DNA from: Treponemataceae bacterium
GTDB taxonomy: Bacteria; Spirochaetota; Spirochaetia; Treponematales; Treponemataceae
NCBI GenBank assembly: GCA_052173655.1
Contig: JBQMYD010000003.1
Location: 71,206-135,205 of the forward strand
Reading direction: 5' to 3'
Length of the DNA: 64,000 nt
The notes under the pieces were generated by a model. The model worked only from the letters and a program-made list of their open reading frames with translations. It was not told the origin of the DNA and did no database searches. Every line of letters begins with the position of its first letter. The stretch's first letter is position 1. The translations under genes were made by a program, and so were the position numbers. Below are positions 37,531 through 46,367 of this stretch, piece by piece.

Positions 37531-39285
37531 ATGGCTTATGAAGTAACTGCGACCCGCCGTAGACCGCAAAAATTTGAAGATTTGGTTGGACAAGAATTTG
37601 TTGTTGCAACATTAAAAAATTCCATTCAGTCCGGGAAAATTGCTCATGCATATTTATTCAGCGGACCAAGAGGCTGCGGAAAAACATCCAGTGCCAGAAT
37701 TCTTGCAAAGGCTCTAAACTGCCAAAACGGCCCGATAGAAACTCCTTGTGAGAACTGTACTTGCTGTAAAGAAATTACAAAAGGTTCATGCATAGACGTA
37801 ATCGAAATTGACGGAGCATCAAACACAAGCGTAAATGATATACGCCAAATAAAAGACGAAATACTTTTTCCTCCAAACAGCTCCCGTTACAAAATATATA
37901 TTATTGACGAAGTTCACATGCTTTCTACAAGTGCATTTAATGCTTTGCTTAAAACAATTGAAGAACCGCCGGAGTATGTTATATTTATCTTTGCAACAAC
38001 CGAACTTCATAAAGTTCCTGCAACAATAAAAAGCCGATGCCAGCAATTCCATTTTAGATTAGGGAATATAGAACAAATAAAAGATTTACTTGAAAAAGCT
38101 TGCCAAGACTTGAACATTCAAGCCGATGAGGAAGCTCTTTACTGGATTGCAAGAGAATCTACCGGCAGTTTTAGGGATGCCTATACATTATTTGATCAAG
38201 TAGTTGCCTTTAGTGAAAATCAAATTACATATGAAAAAATTAGAGATAAACTGGGACTCGTAGGAACAGAACATCTTAATGAAATTTCCGAATTATGCAT
38301 TGAAGGAAATTCTATGGCAGCTTTGGAAAAACTCGACCAAATGTTTACAAGAGGAATTTCCATGGAGCAGTTTATTTCAAATTATACCGACTATCTTAGA
38401 TCTGTTTTGCTGATAAAAAGCGGAATAACAAAAGAATCGCTTTTAGGTCAGAGTATAAGTAGATATTCTCAAAAAGTTTTAGACAGTTGGAATATCACAA
38501 TGATTGAAAGAGCTCTAAGCCTTTTTTTGAATTTGTACAGGGATATCAGATATTCTTTAAGCCCTAGATATGAAACGGAACTTGCAATAAGCAGAATGTG
38601 CTGGCTAACCCAATTTGTAAGCAATAACGAAGTAAAAAATGCATTAGATCAAGCTAAAAATTTGCTTTTAAGCTCAGGATCGCAAGGAGAAACGCCCCCT
38701 TTTCAGGACAGCGATAATCTATATGAAAAAAATTCTGCAAAGATTATCGCTGAACAAAAAAATGAGCAGAATTATAATTTTTTTGACACTTCCGGCAAAA
38801 TTTTTTTAGATAATTCCAACGATAATAATAAAGTAAATAATTCAGCAAACCTCACTTTGGAGCAATTAAAAGAAGAAGCAAAAAAGCAATCATTAAGAAC
38901 TTGCCCTCTTTTTTTCCCGATTTTTGAACAGAGTGAAAATTGGATTTTTGATAATGATATTATAAAAATTCCGATAGAAAATGCTTTTTTACAAAATCAA
39001 ATAGATTCAAATGCAGGAGAAATTTCGATATTTCTTTCAAAACTTTGGAAAAAACAAATAAGAGTCCAATCACATTTTATCGTGAATAAAATCGAAAAAG
39101 AAGTTTCGGAAGATTATCCGGCAGTTATAAAAAATTTAAAAGAAGCTTTCAGAGGTGAAATTATCAGCGTTTCAGTGTGTACTGAAAATTCAAATACCGG
39201 CTCAAACGAGCAAAATAAAAAAAATGAAAATACACAGTCTTCAATAAAATATGAAGACACAGCAGGAGATGAATATGAACTTTGA
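37531..39285 (+). CDS. dnaX: DNA polymerase III subunit tau (gamma/tau)
   Basis: Has the motifs RPQKFEDLVGQE, AHAYLFSGPRGCGKTS, a Zn module (CQNGPIETPCENCTCC), DEVHMLS and SRCQQFHF. Confidence 0.95.
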   Translation: MAYEVTATRRRPQKFEDLVGQEFVVATLKNSIQSGKIAHAYLFSGPRGCGKTSSARILAKALNCQNGPIETPCENCTCCKEITKGSCIDVIEIDGASNTSVNDIRQIKDEILFPPNSSRYKIYIIDEVHMLSTSAFNALLKTIEEPPEYVIFIFATTELHKVPATIKSRCQQFHFRLGNIEQIKDLLEKACQDLNIQADEEALYWIARESTGSFRDAYTLFDQVVAFSENQITYEKIRDKLGLVGTEHLNEISELCIEGNSMAALEKLDQMFTRGISMEQFISNYTDYLRSVLLIKSGITKESLLGQSISRYSQKVLDSWNITMIERALSLFLNLYRDIRYSLSPRYETELAISRMCWLTQFVSNNEVKNALDQAKNLLLSSGSQGETPPFQDSDNLYEKNSAKIIAEQKNEQNYNFFDTSGKIFLDNSNDNNKVNNSANLTLEQLKEEAKKQSLRTCPLFFPIFEQSENWIFDNDIIKIPIENAFLQNQIDSNAGEISIFLSKLWKKQIRVQSHFIVNKIEKEVSEDYPAVIKNLKEAFRGEIISVSVCTENSNTGSNEQNKKNENTQSSIKYEDTAGDEYEL

Positions 39286-39595
39286 CGGTCTTAATTTTAA
39301 TCCAATGGATTTATTAAAAAATGCAGGTCAACTAAAGGAAGAATTTGCAAACGCACAAGAAAAACTAAAACAAATTACGTCAACAGGTTCTGCAGGAGGA
39401 GGACTTGTAAAAGTTACAATGAACGGAAAATTTGAGATTACGGAATTACATATCGATCCTATTGCGGTTGATCCTCGTGATGTAAAAATGCTCGAAGACA
39501 TCATTATTGCAGCTGTTCATCAAGCAAACAATAATATTCAAGATGAAATAAAAAATTCCTACGGGCCAATGCTATCCCAATTACTTAACAAATAA
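39275..39595 (+). CDS. ybaB: YbaB/EbfC nucleoid-associated protein
   Basis: About 106 aa, with LLKNAGQLKEEFANAQEKLKQ...GGGLVKVTMNGKFEI..L.IDP. The canonical dnaX-ybaB-recR order is present. An AGGAG Shine-Dalgarno sequence lies 6 nt before the ATG at 39275. It overlaps the end of dnaX. Confidence 0.9.
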   Translation: MNFDGLNFNPMDLLKNAGQLKEEFANAQEKLKQITSTGSAGGGLVKVTMNGKFEITELHIDPIAVDPRDVKMLEDIIIAAVHQANNNIQDEIKNSYGPMLSQLLNK

Positions 39596-39606
39596 GGTAA
39601 AAAAAA

Positions 39607-40194
39607 ATGAATGCTCTTGAAGAATTGTCAGAAAGTTTTAGTAGGCTACCCGGAATAGGAAAAAAAAGTGCAATGCGTATTTCAAATTTTTTGCTCAAAA
39701 GCGACCAATATTTTATCGAACGTTTTGCAAAACAACTTGTTGAACTCCACAGTCGCATAAAACCTTGTTCCGAGTGCGGTTCTTATACAGAAACAGACCC
39801 TTGTCCGATCTGCTCAAATCAATTGAGAGACAGACATATAATTTGTGTTGTAGAACAGCCCCAAGATGTTACCACAATCGAAAATTCCGGTGAATTTAAA
39901 GGACTGTTTCATGTTTTAGGAGGATTGATAGCTCCTCTTGAAGGAATAGGCCCCGAACAGCTTTCCATTGGAAAACTTATTGAAAGAATCCAAAAAGAAA
40001 AACCAACCGAAGTTATAATAGCAACAAATCCTACATTTGAGGGAGATTCTACTGCAATTTACTTGAACCAAATCCTTAAAAAAACGGGCGTAAAGACCAG
40101 TCGCCTTGCATCCGGAATCCCTGTTGGAGGAGATCTTGAATACGCGGACAAACTCACCCTTGCTCGAAGTTTTAGAGGAAGAATGAGTTTTTAA
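39607..40194 (+). CDS. recR: Recombination protein RecR
   Basis: Has an HhH (LSRLPGIGKKSAMRI), a C4 zinc finger (CSECGSYTETDPCPIC) and a Toprim domain (ICVVEQPQDV...). Confidence 0.95.
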   Translation: MNALEELSESFSRLPGIGKKSAMRISNFLLKSDQYFIERFAKQLVELHSRIKPCSECGSYTETDPCPICSNQLRDRHIICVVEQPQDVTTIENSGEFKGLFHVLGGLIAPLEGIGPEQLSIGKLIERIQKEKPTEVIIATNPTFEGDSTAIYLNQILKKTGVKTSRLASGIPVGGDLEYADKLTLARSFRGRMSF

Positions 40195-40203
40195 CAGGTT
40201 CTT

Positions 40204-41358
40204 TTATTTGTCTAATTTTATAACAGGAATTATAGGCTCCGTCTGTTGCATAACAATCGGAAAGTTTTCTTTTTTCAAAAGATGGCTTTCTCCGTCAACT
40301 TGCACCAAAATATCTTCATCATAAAAAATTCGTAATTTATTACCAAAATAATGAAAACTGTAATCGGTTCCGTGATGAGTTCCGTCGTTAAAGGATTCCT
40401 TTGTTTTAAGCTTTCTTAATAATTTCATTGTTGGAGTTATACAAACACTTTCTTCTTTCGGTAAGATTTTATGGTTACTGCCATAGGTTCTGTGCCCCGA
40501 AATTCCTAAAAGACAAAATTCAAAAGTACCGTCATATACTCCCTTAAGTTCTTCGCCGTCAAAAATTTCAATATGAGCATTTCCTGCCTTATAATATTTA
40601 TTATAAAAAAGACAAGCTAAATCAACCCAAAGTTTATAAAAATCTCCGGGCAATTTATCTTTCATTCTGTTAGTCATGTGAGTAATAAATGCATCTATTC
40701 CGATACTTGCAATATTAAATGAATACCAAGGTGGAATAACATTATCTTTTTTATCCTTGTTCCATTCCCCAAAAACACCGCTTTTTGAACCTTCAACTAC
40801 AACTTCTACAGCTTTTTGAAGTTCAATATGACTTGGAAAAGTTAAACGTAAAAGACACTCTTCAAAAGTTCTTCCGTCAGAACCGTCATTTCCGGTACCG
40901 AACGGAAGTCTTAATACACAATAGCATTTTTCGATAATACTGCGTTTTTCTGCAGACTGTCTTGCATATCTTAATATTCTTGTTTGAACTTCAAGACTGG
41001 TTCCGTCTCCACCGGCTGTAATTATAAGCACACGATGTTCAGACTTTTCCCTATCTTTTAATAAAGGTTCCATGTCATTAAGAATTTTCTCAACATATTC
41101 CATGCTATGACATGCATATCCTGTTTCAAAAACTGAAATATCAATTGATTTTACAATAGTTGCCGTTTCTCTTGCAGCCTCATAACCTTGCTTTAAAACC
41201 TTTAAATTATGCTCTGCAACTTTTAGCTGAGTAAATCCACCGGATTGCGGATTTGAAATAATAAATACGTGCAAAATTTTATCTTTCCATAAACTGCACG
41301 ATCCGATAATCGGCTCCATATATTTTGCCAATAATGAACTTGATAATTTTTCTACCAT
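40204..41358 (-). CDS. Diacylglycerol-kinase-catalytic-domain (DAGK_cat / YegS-like) lipid kinase family protein
   Basis: Carries GGDGT (ITAGGDGTSLEV) and GTGND (PFGTGNDGSD) motifs. Its start overlaps the upstream gene's stop by 7 nt. Confidence 0.7.
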   Translation of the reverse strand: MVEKLSSSLLAKYMEPIIGSCSLWKDKILHVFIISNPQSGGFTQLKVAEHNLKVLKQGYEAARETATIVKSIDISVFETGYACHSMEYVEKILNDMEPLLKDREKSEHRVLIITAGGDGTSLEVQTRILRYARQSAEKRSIIEKCYCVLRLPFGTGNDGSDGRTFEECLLRLTFPSHIELQKAVEVVVEGSKSGVFGEWNKDKKDNVIPPWYSFNIASIGIDAFITHMTNRMKDKLPGDFYKLWVDLACLFYNKYYKAGNAHIEIFDGEELKGVYDGTFEFCLLGISGHRTYGSNHKILPKEESVCITPTMKLLRKLKTKESFNDGTHHGTDYSFHYFGNKLRIFYDEDILVQVDGESHLLKKENFPIVMQQTEPIIPVIKLDK

Positions 41359-42509
41359 TTGTTATGCACCTTTTCTGCAAAACCAAAAAAATCTTTGATT
41401 TTTATTTTTGTTCCGTCGTCTAAAACAGCCGTTCCCGAAAACTTTCCGAATACCTGATGTTGATCTGAACACAAAATCTTAAAATCCATGCAGGCTTTTC
41501 TGTCAATTATAGGGACAAAATCCATTTCAAAACGTCCATCATTACTTGAAAATTTCCAAGGTTTTGTAAATTCGTAAATTTCTTCCAAATGAACTTTAGC
41601 ATTAGGAGGATTTTTTAGCCAATCATTTTCATCTTTTTGTTCATCTATCGCATCTTTGCGTGGAATGTCAAAACGGATCCTATCCAGTTTATGAGCTTTT
41701 CCGTCATAAAAAAGCATGTTTTCGCTGGCCTTTGTTGTATCTCCAAAACCATAACCTATATTCCAACCAAAACTGTGGCCGTCGACATAGCCCGACGCAG
41801 CTCCCCAGTTCCATGTATTTTCATAAGTCCATACGCCTCTTCCCCAATCCAAAAGCCCTAAAGCACTTTCAGGATTAAATTCAATACGCTGTCCATCAAA
41901 TTCAGCCCATCCTTGAGCTTTCATCCCTATAATTTTTTGGTTGTAATAAAAAGCTTTTTTGTCCTGAGCATAAGGAGTTGAAATTACCATAGAATCTTCA
42001 GGTTCATCCGTTAATTTTATATCACAAATAAACCTTTTTCCGTCTTTAAAATTATTAAAATTGCATTTTAAGTGTCGGTTTGCAGAATAGTCAAATTTAT
42101 TTTTATCATTCTCACGATTTTGTATGCAAGGTTCAGTTTCAAAAGAAAAGTCGCATCTTTTATTTGAAAAACTGCAAATACCATCTTTACTTTGAACAGG
42201 AAGTCTCATTTTCCCTAACGGCATAAAAGTTGCAATGCTGTTTGTATGCTCGGCAGGCTTGGTAAAATCCAGCCAACTTGCAGAAACCAATCCCATATAA
42301 CCGTTATCCGCTATAGTTAAAGCTATTCCATATTTTCCGTCAGTAACAAGATAATAATCCCATTCTTTAATATTTATCTTGCTTTTTCCAATACATTCGC
42401 GATTATATACTTGCAGCATCTTTTTTGAAAAGCCGGCTTCCCTAAGTGTACCGTCAGAGTTCAATAAATTTCCGGTTGAAAAAATTTCATGCTGTTTCGT
42501 TGTTTTCAT
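41352..42509 (-). CDS. DUF2804-like hypothetical protein
   Basis: The likely start is MKTTKQHEIF at 42509. It is beta-rich with W-rich motifs (LLDWGRGVWTYENTWNWGAASG) that I associate with DUF2804. This assignment is unverified. Confidence 0.55.
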   Translation of the reverse strand: MKTTKQHEIFSTGNLLNSDGTLREAGFSKKMLQVYNRECIGKSKINIKEWDYYLVTDGKYGIALTIADNGYMGLVSASWLDFTKPAEHTNSIATFMPLGKMRLPVQSKDGICSFSNKRCDFSFETEPCIQNRENDKNKFDYSANRHLKCNFNNFKDGKRFICDIKLTDEPEDSMVISTPYAQDKKAFYYNQKIIGMKAQGWAEFDGQRIEFNPESALGLLDWGRGVWTYENTWNWGAASGYVDGHSFGWNIGYGFGDTTKASENMLFYDGKAHKLDRIRFDIPRKDAIDEQKDENDWLKNPPNAKVHLEEIYEFTKPWKFSSNDGRFEMDFVPIIDRKACMDFKILCSDQHQVFGKFSGTAVLDDGTKIKIKDFFGFAEKVHNKW

Positions 42510-42619
42510 GCATATAGTGTAAATCAAAATTTTTGCACTGTCAAAAGTTTCAGAAAAAAATTTTAATTCACGCCCCCTCCCCCTTTGCACCCTAAACAAT
42601 TATCGTGTAGAATGAAGCC

Positions 42620-43678
42620 ATGAAAATATGGCATCAAATGAATCGTTTACAGCAATCATGCTTACAAAACGGCCCTCTGTGTATCGGTTTGGACACATCA
42701 CCCGATTATATTCCTTGCAATATTCTTGAACAATTTGAAAATCCTGCTCAGGCAGTTCTTGCTTACAACAAAGATTTAATAAAAGCCTGCAAACCATATA
42801 TAGGATGTGCAAAAGTTCAAATAGCATATTACGAAGCAATGGGACTTGAAGGATTAAAAGTTTATGTTGAAACTTTAAAAATTTTAAAAAATGAAGATAT
42901 CCCGGTTATTTCAGACATAAAACGTGGCGACATTGCAGACACTGCCGAAGCCTATGCAAAAGCACATTTTTCCGGTGATTTTGAAACGGATATCATTACG
43001 GTAAATCCTTACATGGGCTTTGATACCTTAATTCCTTTTACACGCTATTGCACACCTGAACACCGCAAGGGGATTTTCGTTCTTTTACGTACTTCAAATC
43101 CGGGTATGAAAGACATTGAAAACCTTGATATCGCACAAGATTCCAACACCGAACAATATAAAAACGAATTTCCAAGTTTTTCAGAAAAAAATAAAGATAT
43201 CCTGCATTCAATAAATAATGCAAATAAAGTTTTTCACAGAGTCGGAAAAGAAATTTCCCGCATTGCACAAGACTTTTCAAAACAATATGGGTACGATAAA
43301 AATCTGATTTGCTCTCCGGTAGGTGCTGTTGTAGGTTGTACTGAAGAAGAAAATGCAAAAGAACTACGCAATATGTATCCTGATATTTTCTTTTTGATTC
43401 CCGGATATGGAGCACAAGGAGGAAAAGCCGGAATTGCAGGAACATTATTGACCAAAGCAGGAGGAGCAGTAAACTCAAGCAGAGGAATTCTTTGTGCATG
43501 GAAAAACGATCCTTTTCTTGCAGACAAAATTTATGAAGAAAAGTCCACCGAAAAAGATTGTAAAAAATATCGAACAAAACTTTCGCTTGACGATATCGTA
43601 GAAAGTGGCTGCAAAACCGCAAAAAACTGTAAAAAAGAACTGCTTGAAGCTAAAAAAAATTATGAAACTCAGGAATAG
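42620..43678 (+). CDS. pyrF: Orotidine 5'-phosphate decarboxylase (long, type 2)
   Basis: Has the motifs LCIGLDTS, the catalytic SDIKRGDIADT, NPYMG and LIPGYGAQGG. The start may instead be the internal ATG at 42638. Confidence 0.9.
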   Translation: MKIWHQMNRLQQSCLQNGPLCIGLDTSPDYIPCNILEQFENPAQAVLAYNKDLIKACKPYIGCAKVQIAYYEAMGLEGLKVYVETLKILKNEDIPVISDIKRGDIADTAEAYAKAHFSGDFETDIITVNPYMGFDTLIPFTRYCTPEHRKGIFVLLRTSNPGMKDIENLDIAQDSNTEQYKNEFPSFSEKNKDILHSINNANKVFHRVGKEISRIAQDFSKQYGYDKNLICSPVGAVVGCTEEENAKELRNMYPDIFFLIPGYGAQGGKAGIAGTLLTKAGGAVNSSRGILCAWKNDPFLADKIYEEKSTEKDCKKYRTKLSLDDIVESGCKTAKNCKKELLEAKKNYETQE

Positions 43679-43680
43679 TT

Positions 43681-45576
43681 ATGAGTAAAGATTGTCATGG
43701 AAATTCGTATCCGGTTTTTACGCAAGGGAAAGTAACTTTTTGTCAAACACTTTCTCATGCAAAACCTGCCGGAAGTGTTTTTCTGCTAAAAATACAAATT
43801 CCAAATTTTAAATACAATAAAATTCTTGCCGGACAATTTTTTATGTTGTCAACCGTAAACGGCTCCGTACTTTTGAGCAGACCGATAAGCATTTATCAGG
43901 TAAAATCTTTTAAAAACGAGAAAGAAGCGGATTCCCTTGAAGTTCAATTTTTAATTTTACAAAAAGGTCAGGGAACAAAGGAACTTTGTAGTACAAAAGA
44001 AGATTCCTTTGTAAATCTTTTAGGACCTTTGGGAAACGGTTTTCCACCACCTAAAAAAGATCAAAAAATTGCGATAGTAGGAGGCGGAATAGGAATTGCA
44101 CCTGTTGCAGGATTTGCATCCGTTCTAGGAGAACATTCGTATGATTTTTACGCAAGTTTTAAAAGCGGAACATACGGTTTGGAAAACATAAATTCCTCTG
44201 CACTAGTCGTAACAACAGAAGACGGCAGTGTAGGAAAAAAGGGAATGCTCAACGAAGTTTTTACCACAAAAACTTTACGTGATAAGAAATACGATGTAGT
44301 TTATGCATGTGGCCCCATTCCGATGCTGAAATATATTCAAAGCATATGCAAAGAAGCTTCAATAAAATGTTATCTTAGTGTAGAAAGCAAAATGGCTTGC
44401 GGAGTTGGAGCTTGTCTTGGTTGCACAATAGCAACAACTGAAGGAAATCGTCGCTGTTGTAAGGACGGTCCCGTATTTGAAGGCGAAAAATTGCTATTTA
44501 CAGAATCACAAAAAATTTGCGAAAAATCCGTTCAAAACGAAAACACAGCAAAAACTGATAAACCGGAAAATGAAAATTCTCCCGGCGAAAATCAAAAAAA
44601 ACAGAATTGCTCACTTAAAACTTTTGAAATTTCGGCAAAAAACGACACCCTCCCGGATTTAAGCGTTAATATTGCAGGTGTTCATTTTAAAAATCCGGTT
44701 ATCGCTGCAAGTGGAACGTTCGGTTTTGGAGAAGAATATAAAACGATATTCGATGTAAACCGTTTAGGCGGAATTTGCTCAAAAGGCTTGACTCTTGAAG
44801 CAAAATCAGGGAACACGGGAACACGTCTTTGGGAAACACCGGCAGGACTGATTAATTCCATAGGTCTTGAAAATCCCGGAATACAATCCTTTATAGAAGA
44901 AAAACTACCTGAAATGAAAAAATTAAAACCGGTATGTATTGCAAATTTAAGCGGACATTCACTTGAAACTTATACACAAGGAGCTAAACTTTTAAACACA
45001 ACCGATGTAGATATCATTGAACTTAATATTTCCTGCCCCAACGTAAAAAAAGGTGGAATGGGATTCGGAATGGATACTGTTACTGCAAAAGAAGTAACAA
45101 AAGCTGTAAAAACTTTCACGGAAAAACCTCTTATTGTAAAACTAACACCGAACGCACCAAGTGTAATCGATGTTGCACTTGCTGTTATAGAAGCCGGATG
45201 CAATGGAATAAGCCTTTGTAATACTTTTCAGGCAATGGCAATTGATGTTGAAAAAGAAGATTTTGTTTTTGACAATAAAACAGCAGGCTTGGCAGGCCCT
45301 GCAATAAAACCGATCGCATTACGTATAGTTTATGATGTTTGCAAAGCAATCCGCAGTCTTCCTAAAAATCTTCAAGTTCCGGTAGTAGGAATTGGAGGAA
45401 TTTCAAATTGGCAAGATGCTGTCGAATTCATCATGGCAGGGGCCACAGCAATTCAAGTTGGAACGGCAACATTTTCAAATCCGAATTGCATGATAGAGAT
45501 TATTGAAGGAATAAAATCTTGGATGACAAGAAAAGGTTATGATAAAATCAGTGATTTTTGTGGAAAAATGTTATAA
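43681..45576 (+). CDS. pyrD: Fused dihydroorotate dehydrogenase B: electron-transfer subunit (PyrK) plus catalytic subunit (PyrD, class 1B)
   Basis: The N-terminal ~260 aa are PyrK-like, with FAD/NAD-binding motifs (RPISIY, GGGIGIAP) and a 2Fe-2S motif (MACGVGACLGCT...CCKDGPVF). A linker of ~60 aa follows. The rest is PyrD 1B (NPVIAASGTFGFG, NSIGLENPG, ELNISCPN, GLAGPAIKP, GIGGISNWQDA). Confidence 0.9.
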   Translation: MSKDCHGNSYPVFTQGKVTFCQTLSHAKPAGSVFLLKIQIPNFKYNKILAGQFFMLSTVNGSVLLSRPISIYQVKSFKNEKEADSLEVQFLILQKGQGTKELCSTKEDSFVNLLGPLGNGFPPPKKDQKIAIVGGGIGIAPVAGFASVLGEHSYDFYASFKSGTYGLENINSSALVVTTEDGSVGKKGMLNEVFTTKTLRDKKYDVVYACGPIPMLKYIQSICKEASIKCYLSVESKMACGVGACLGCTIATTEGNRRCCKDGPVFEGEKLLFTESQKICEKSVQNENTAKTDKPENENSPGENQKKQNCSLKTFEISAKNDTLPDLSVNIAGVHFKNPVIAASGTFGFGEEYKTIFDVNRLGGICSKGLTLEAKSGNTGTRLWETPAGLINSIGLENPGIQSFIEEKLPEMKKLKPVCIANLSGHSLETYTQGAKLLNTTDVDIIELNISCPNVKKGGMGFGMDTVTAKEVTKAVKTFTEKPLIVKLTPNAPSVIDVALAVIEAGCNGISLCNTFQAMAIDVEKEDFVFDNKTAGLAGPAIKPIALRIVYDVCKAIRSLPKNLQVPVVGIGGISNWQDAVEFIMAGATAIQVGTATFSNPNCMIEIIEGIKSWMTRKGYDKISDFCGKML

Positions 45577-45595
45577 AAAACATTAGAATGTACAC

Positions 45596-46312
45596 ATGCT
45601 TTTTCGTAGACTTAACTTGGTAGCGATTTTCTTATTTATAATATTGTTACCTGCTTTTTCTTTATCGGAAGAAAACTTTTTTGAAAATGGAAAAGTAAAA
45701 ATTGAAACTCCAATTTTGCGTAATTTTGAAGAAAACGAATTTTCTTTAGGATTAGATTACATGTTTTATTTGGAATTAGCAAAATATAACAATAAAACAT
45801 TTTCAAATCTTGCACACGGTTTTGCACTTAATTTTGAGTACCGCCTTTATTTTCACGTTTCAGCAATATCATATTTAGGCTTGGGTTTCAACCTCGATAT
45901 TGGACTTCCTTTTGCAATAAATACAAATATGAACGGGCAAAAAAATATTTTGCTCCCAACAAATTGTCAACTAAAAGCTCTTGTAACAGACTATTCAATA
46001 GGTTTTGCTTCAAAACATTTGTGTGAACAAAATTTTTGGTTTGAATGGTATGCAGGATTAAAAATCGGAGTTTTTTCGGCAGAGTACAAACAGCAAAAAC
46101 AAATAACTGAAACTAAAATTTTCAATATGACAACAGGAATTCAAGGCGAATTTCAGTTCACTTATTATTTTGCAAACCGGATAGGAATTTCCGGGGGAAT
46201 TCGCTTAGATTATGATTTTTTTTCTCTTGCAGCGGCAAAAATGCCTGAAAGTTACTCTTATCTTCAAATTTTTGATATAAAACCTTTTATCCTAGCCAAA
46301 TTTAAGATATAA
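45596..46312 (+). CDS. Hypothetical exported protein, possible small outer-membrane beta-barrel
   Basis: Has a signal peptide (LVAIFLFIILLPAFSLS). Alternating aromatic/hydrophobic beta-strand patterns run through to the C-terminus. Confidence 0.5.
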   Translation: MLFRRLNLVAIFLFIILLPAFSLSEENFFENGKVKIETPILRNFEENEFSLGLDYMFYLELAKYNNKTFSNLAHGFALNFEYRLYFHVSAISYLGLGFNLDIGLPFAINTNMNGQKNILLPTNCQLKALVTDYSIGFASKHLCEQNFWFEWYAGLKIGVFSAEYKQQKQITETKIFNMTTGIQGEFQFTYYFANRIGISGGIRLDYDFFSLAAAKMPESYSYLQIFDIKPFILAKFKI

Positions 46313-46367
46313 ACTTCATATTTTACGAAAATATAAACTTTTTTTTTAGAATTCCGATATATAAAGC

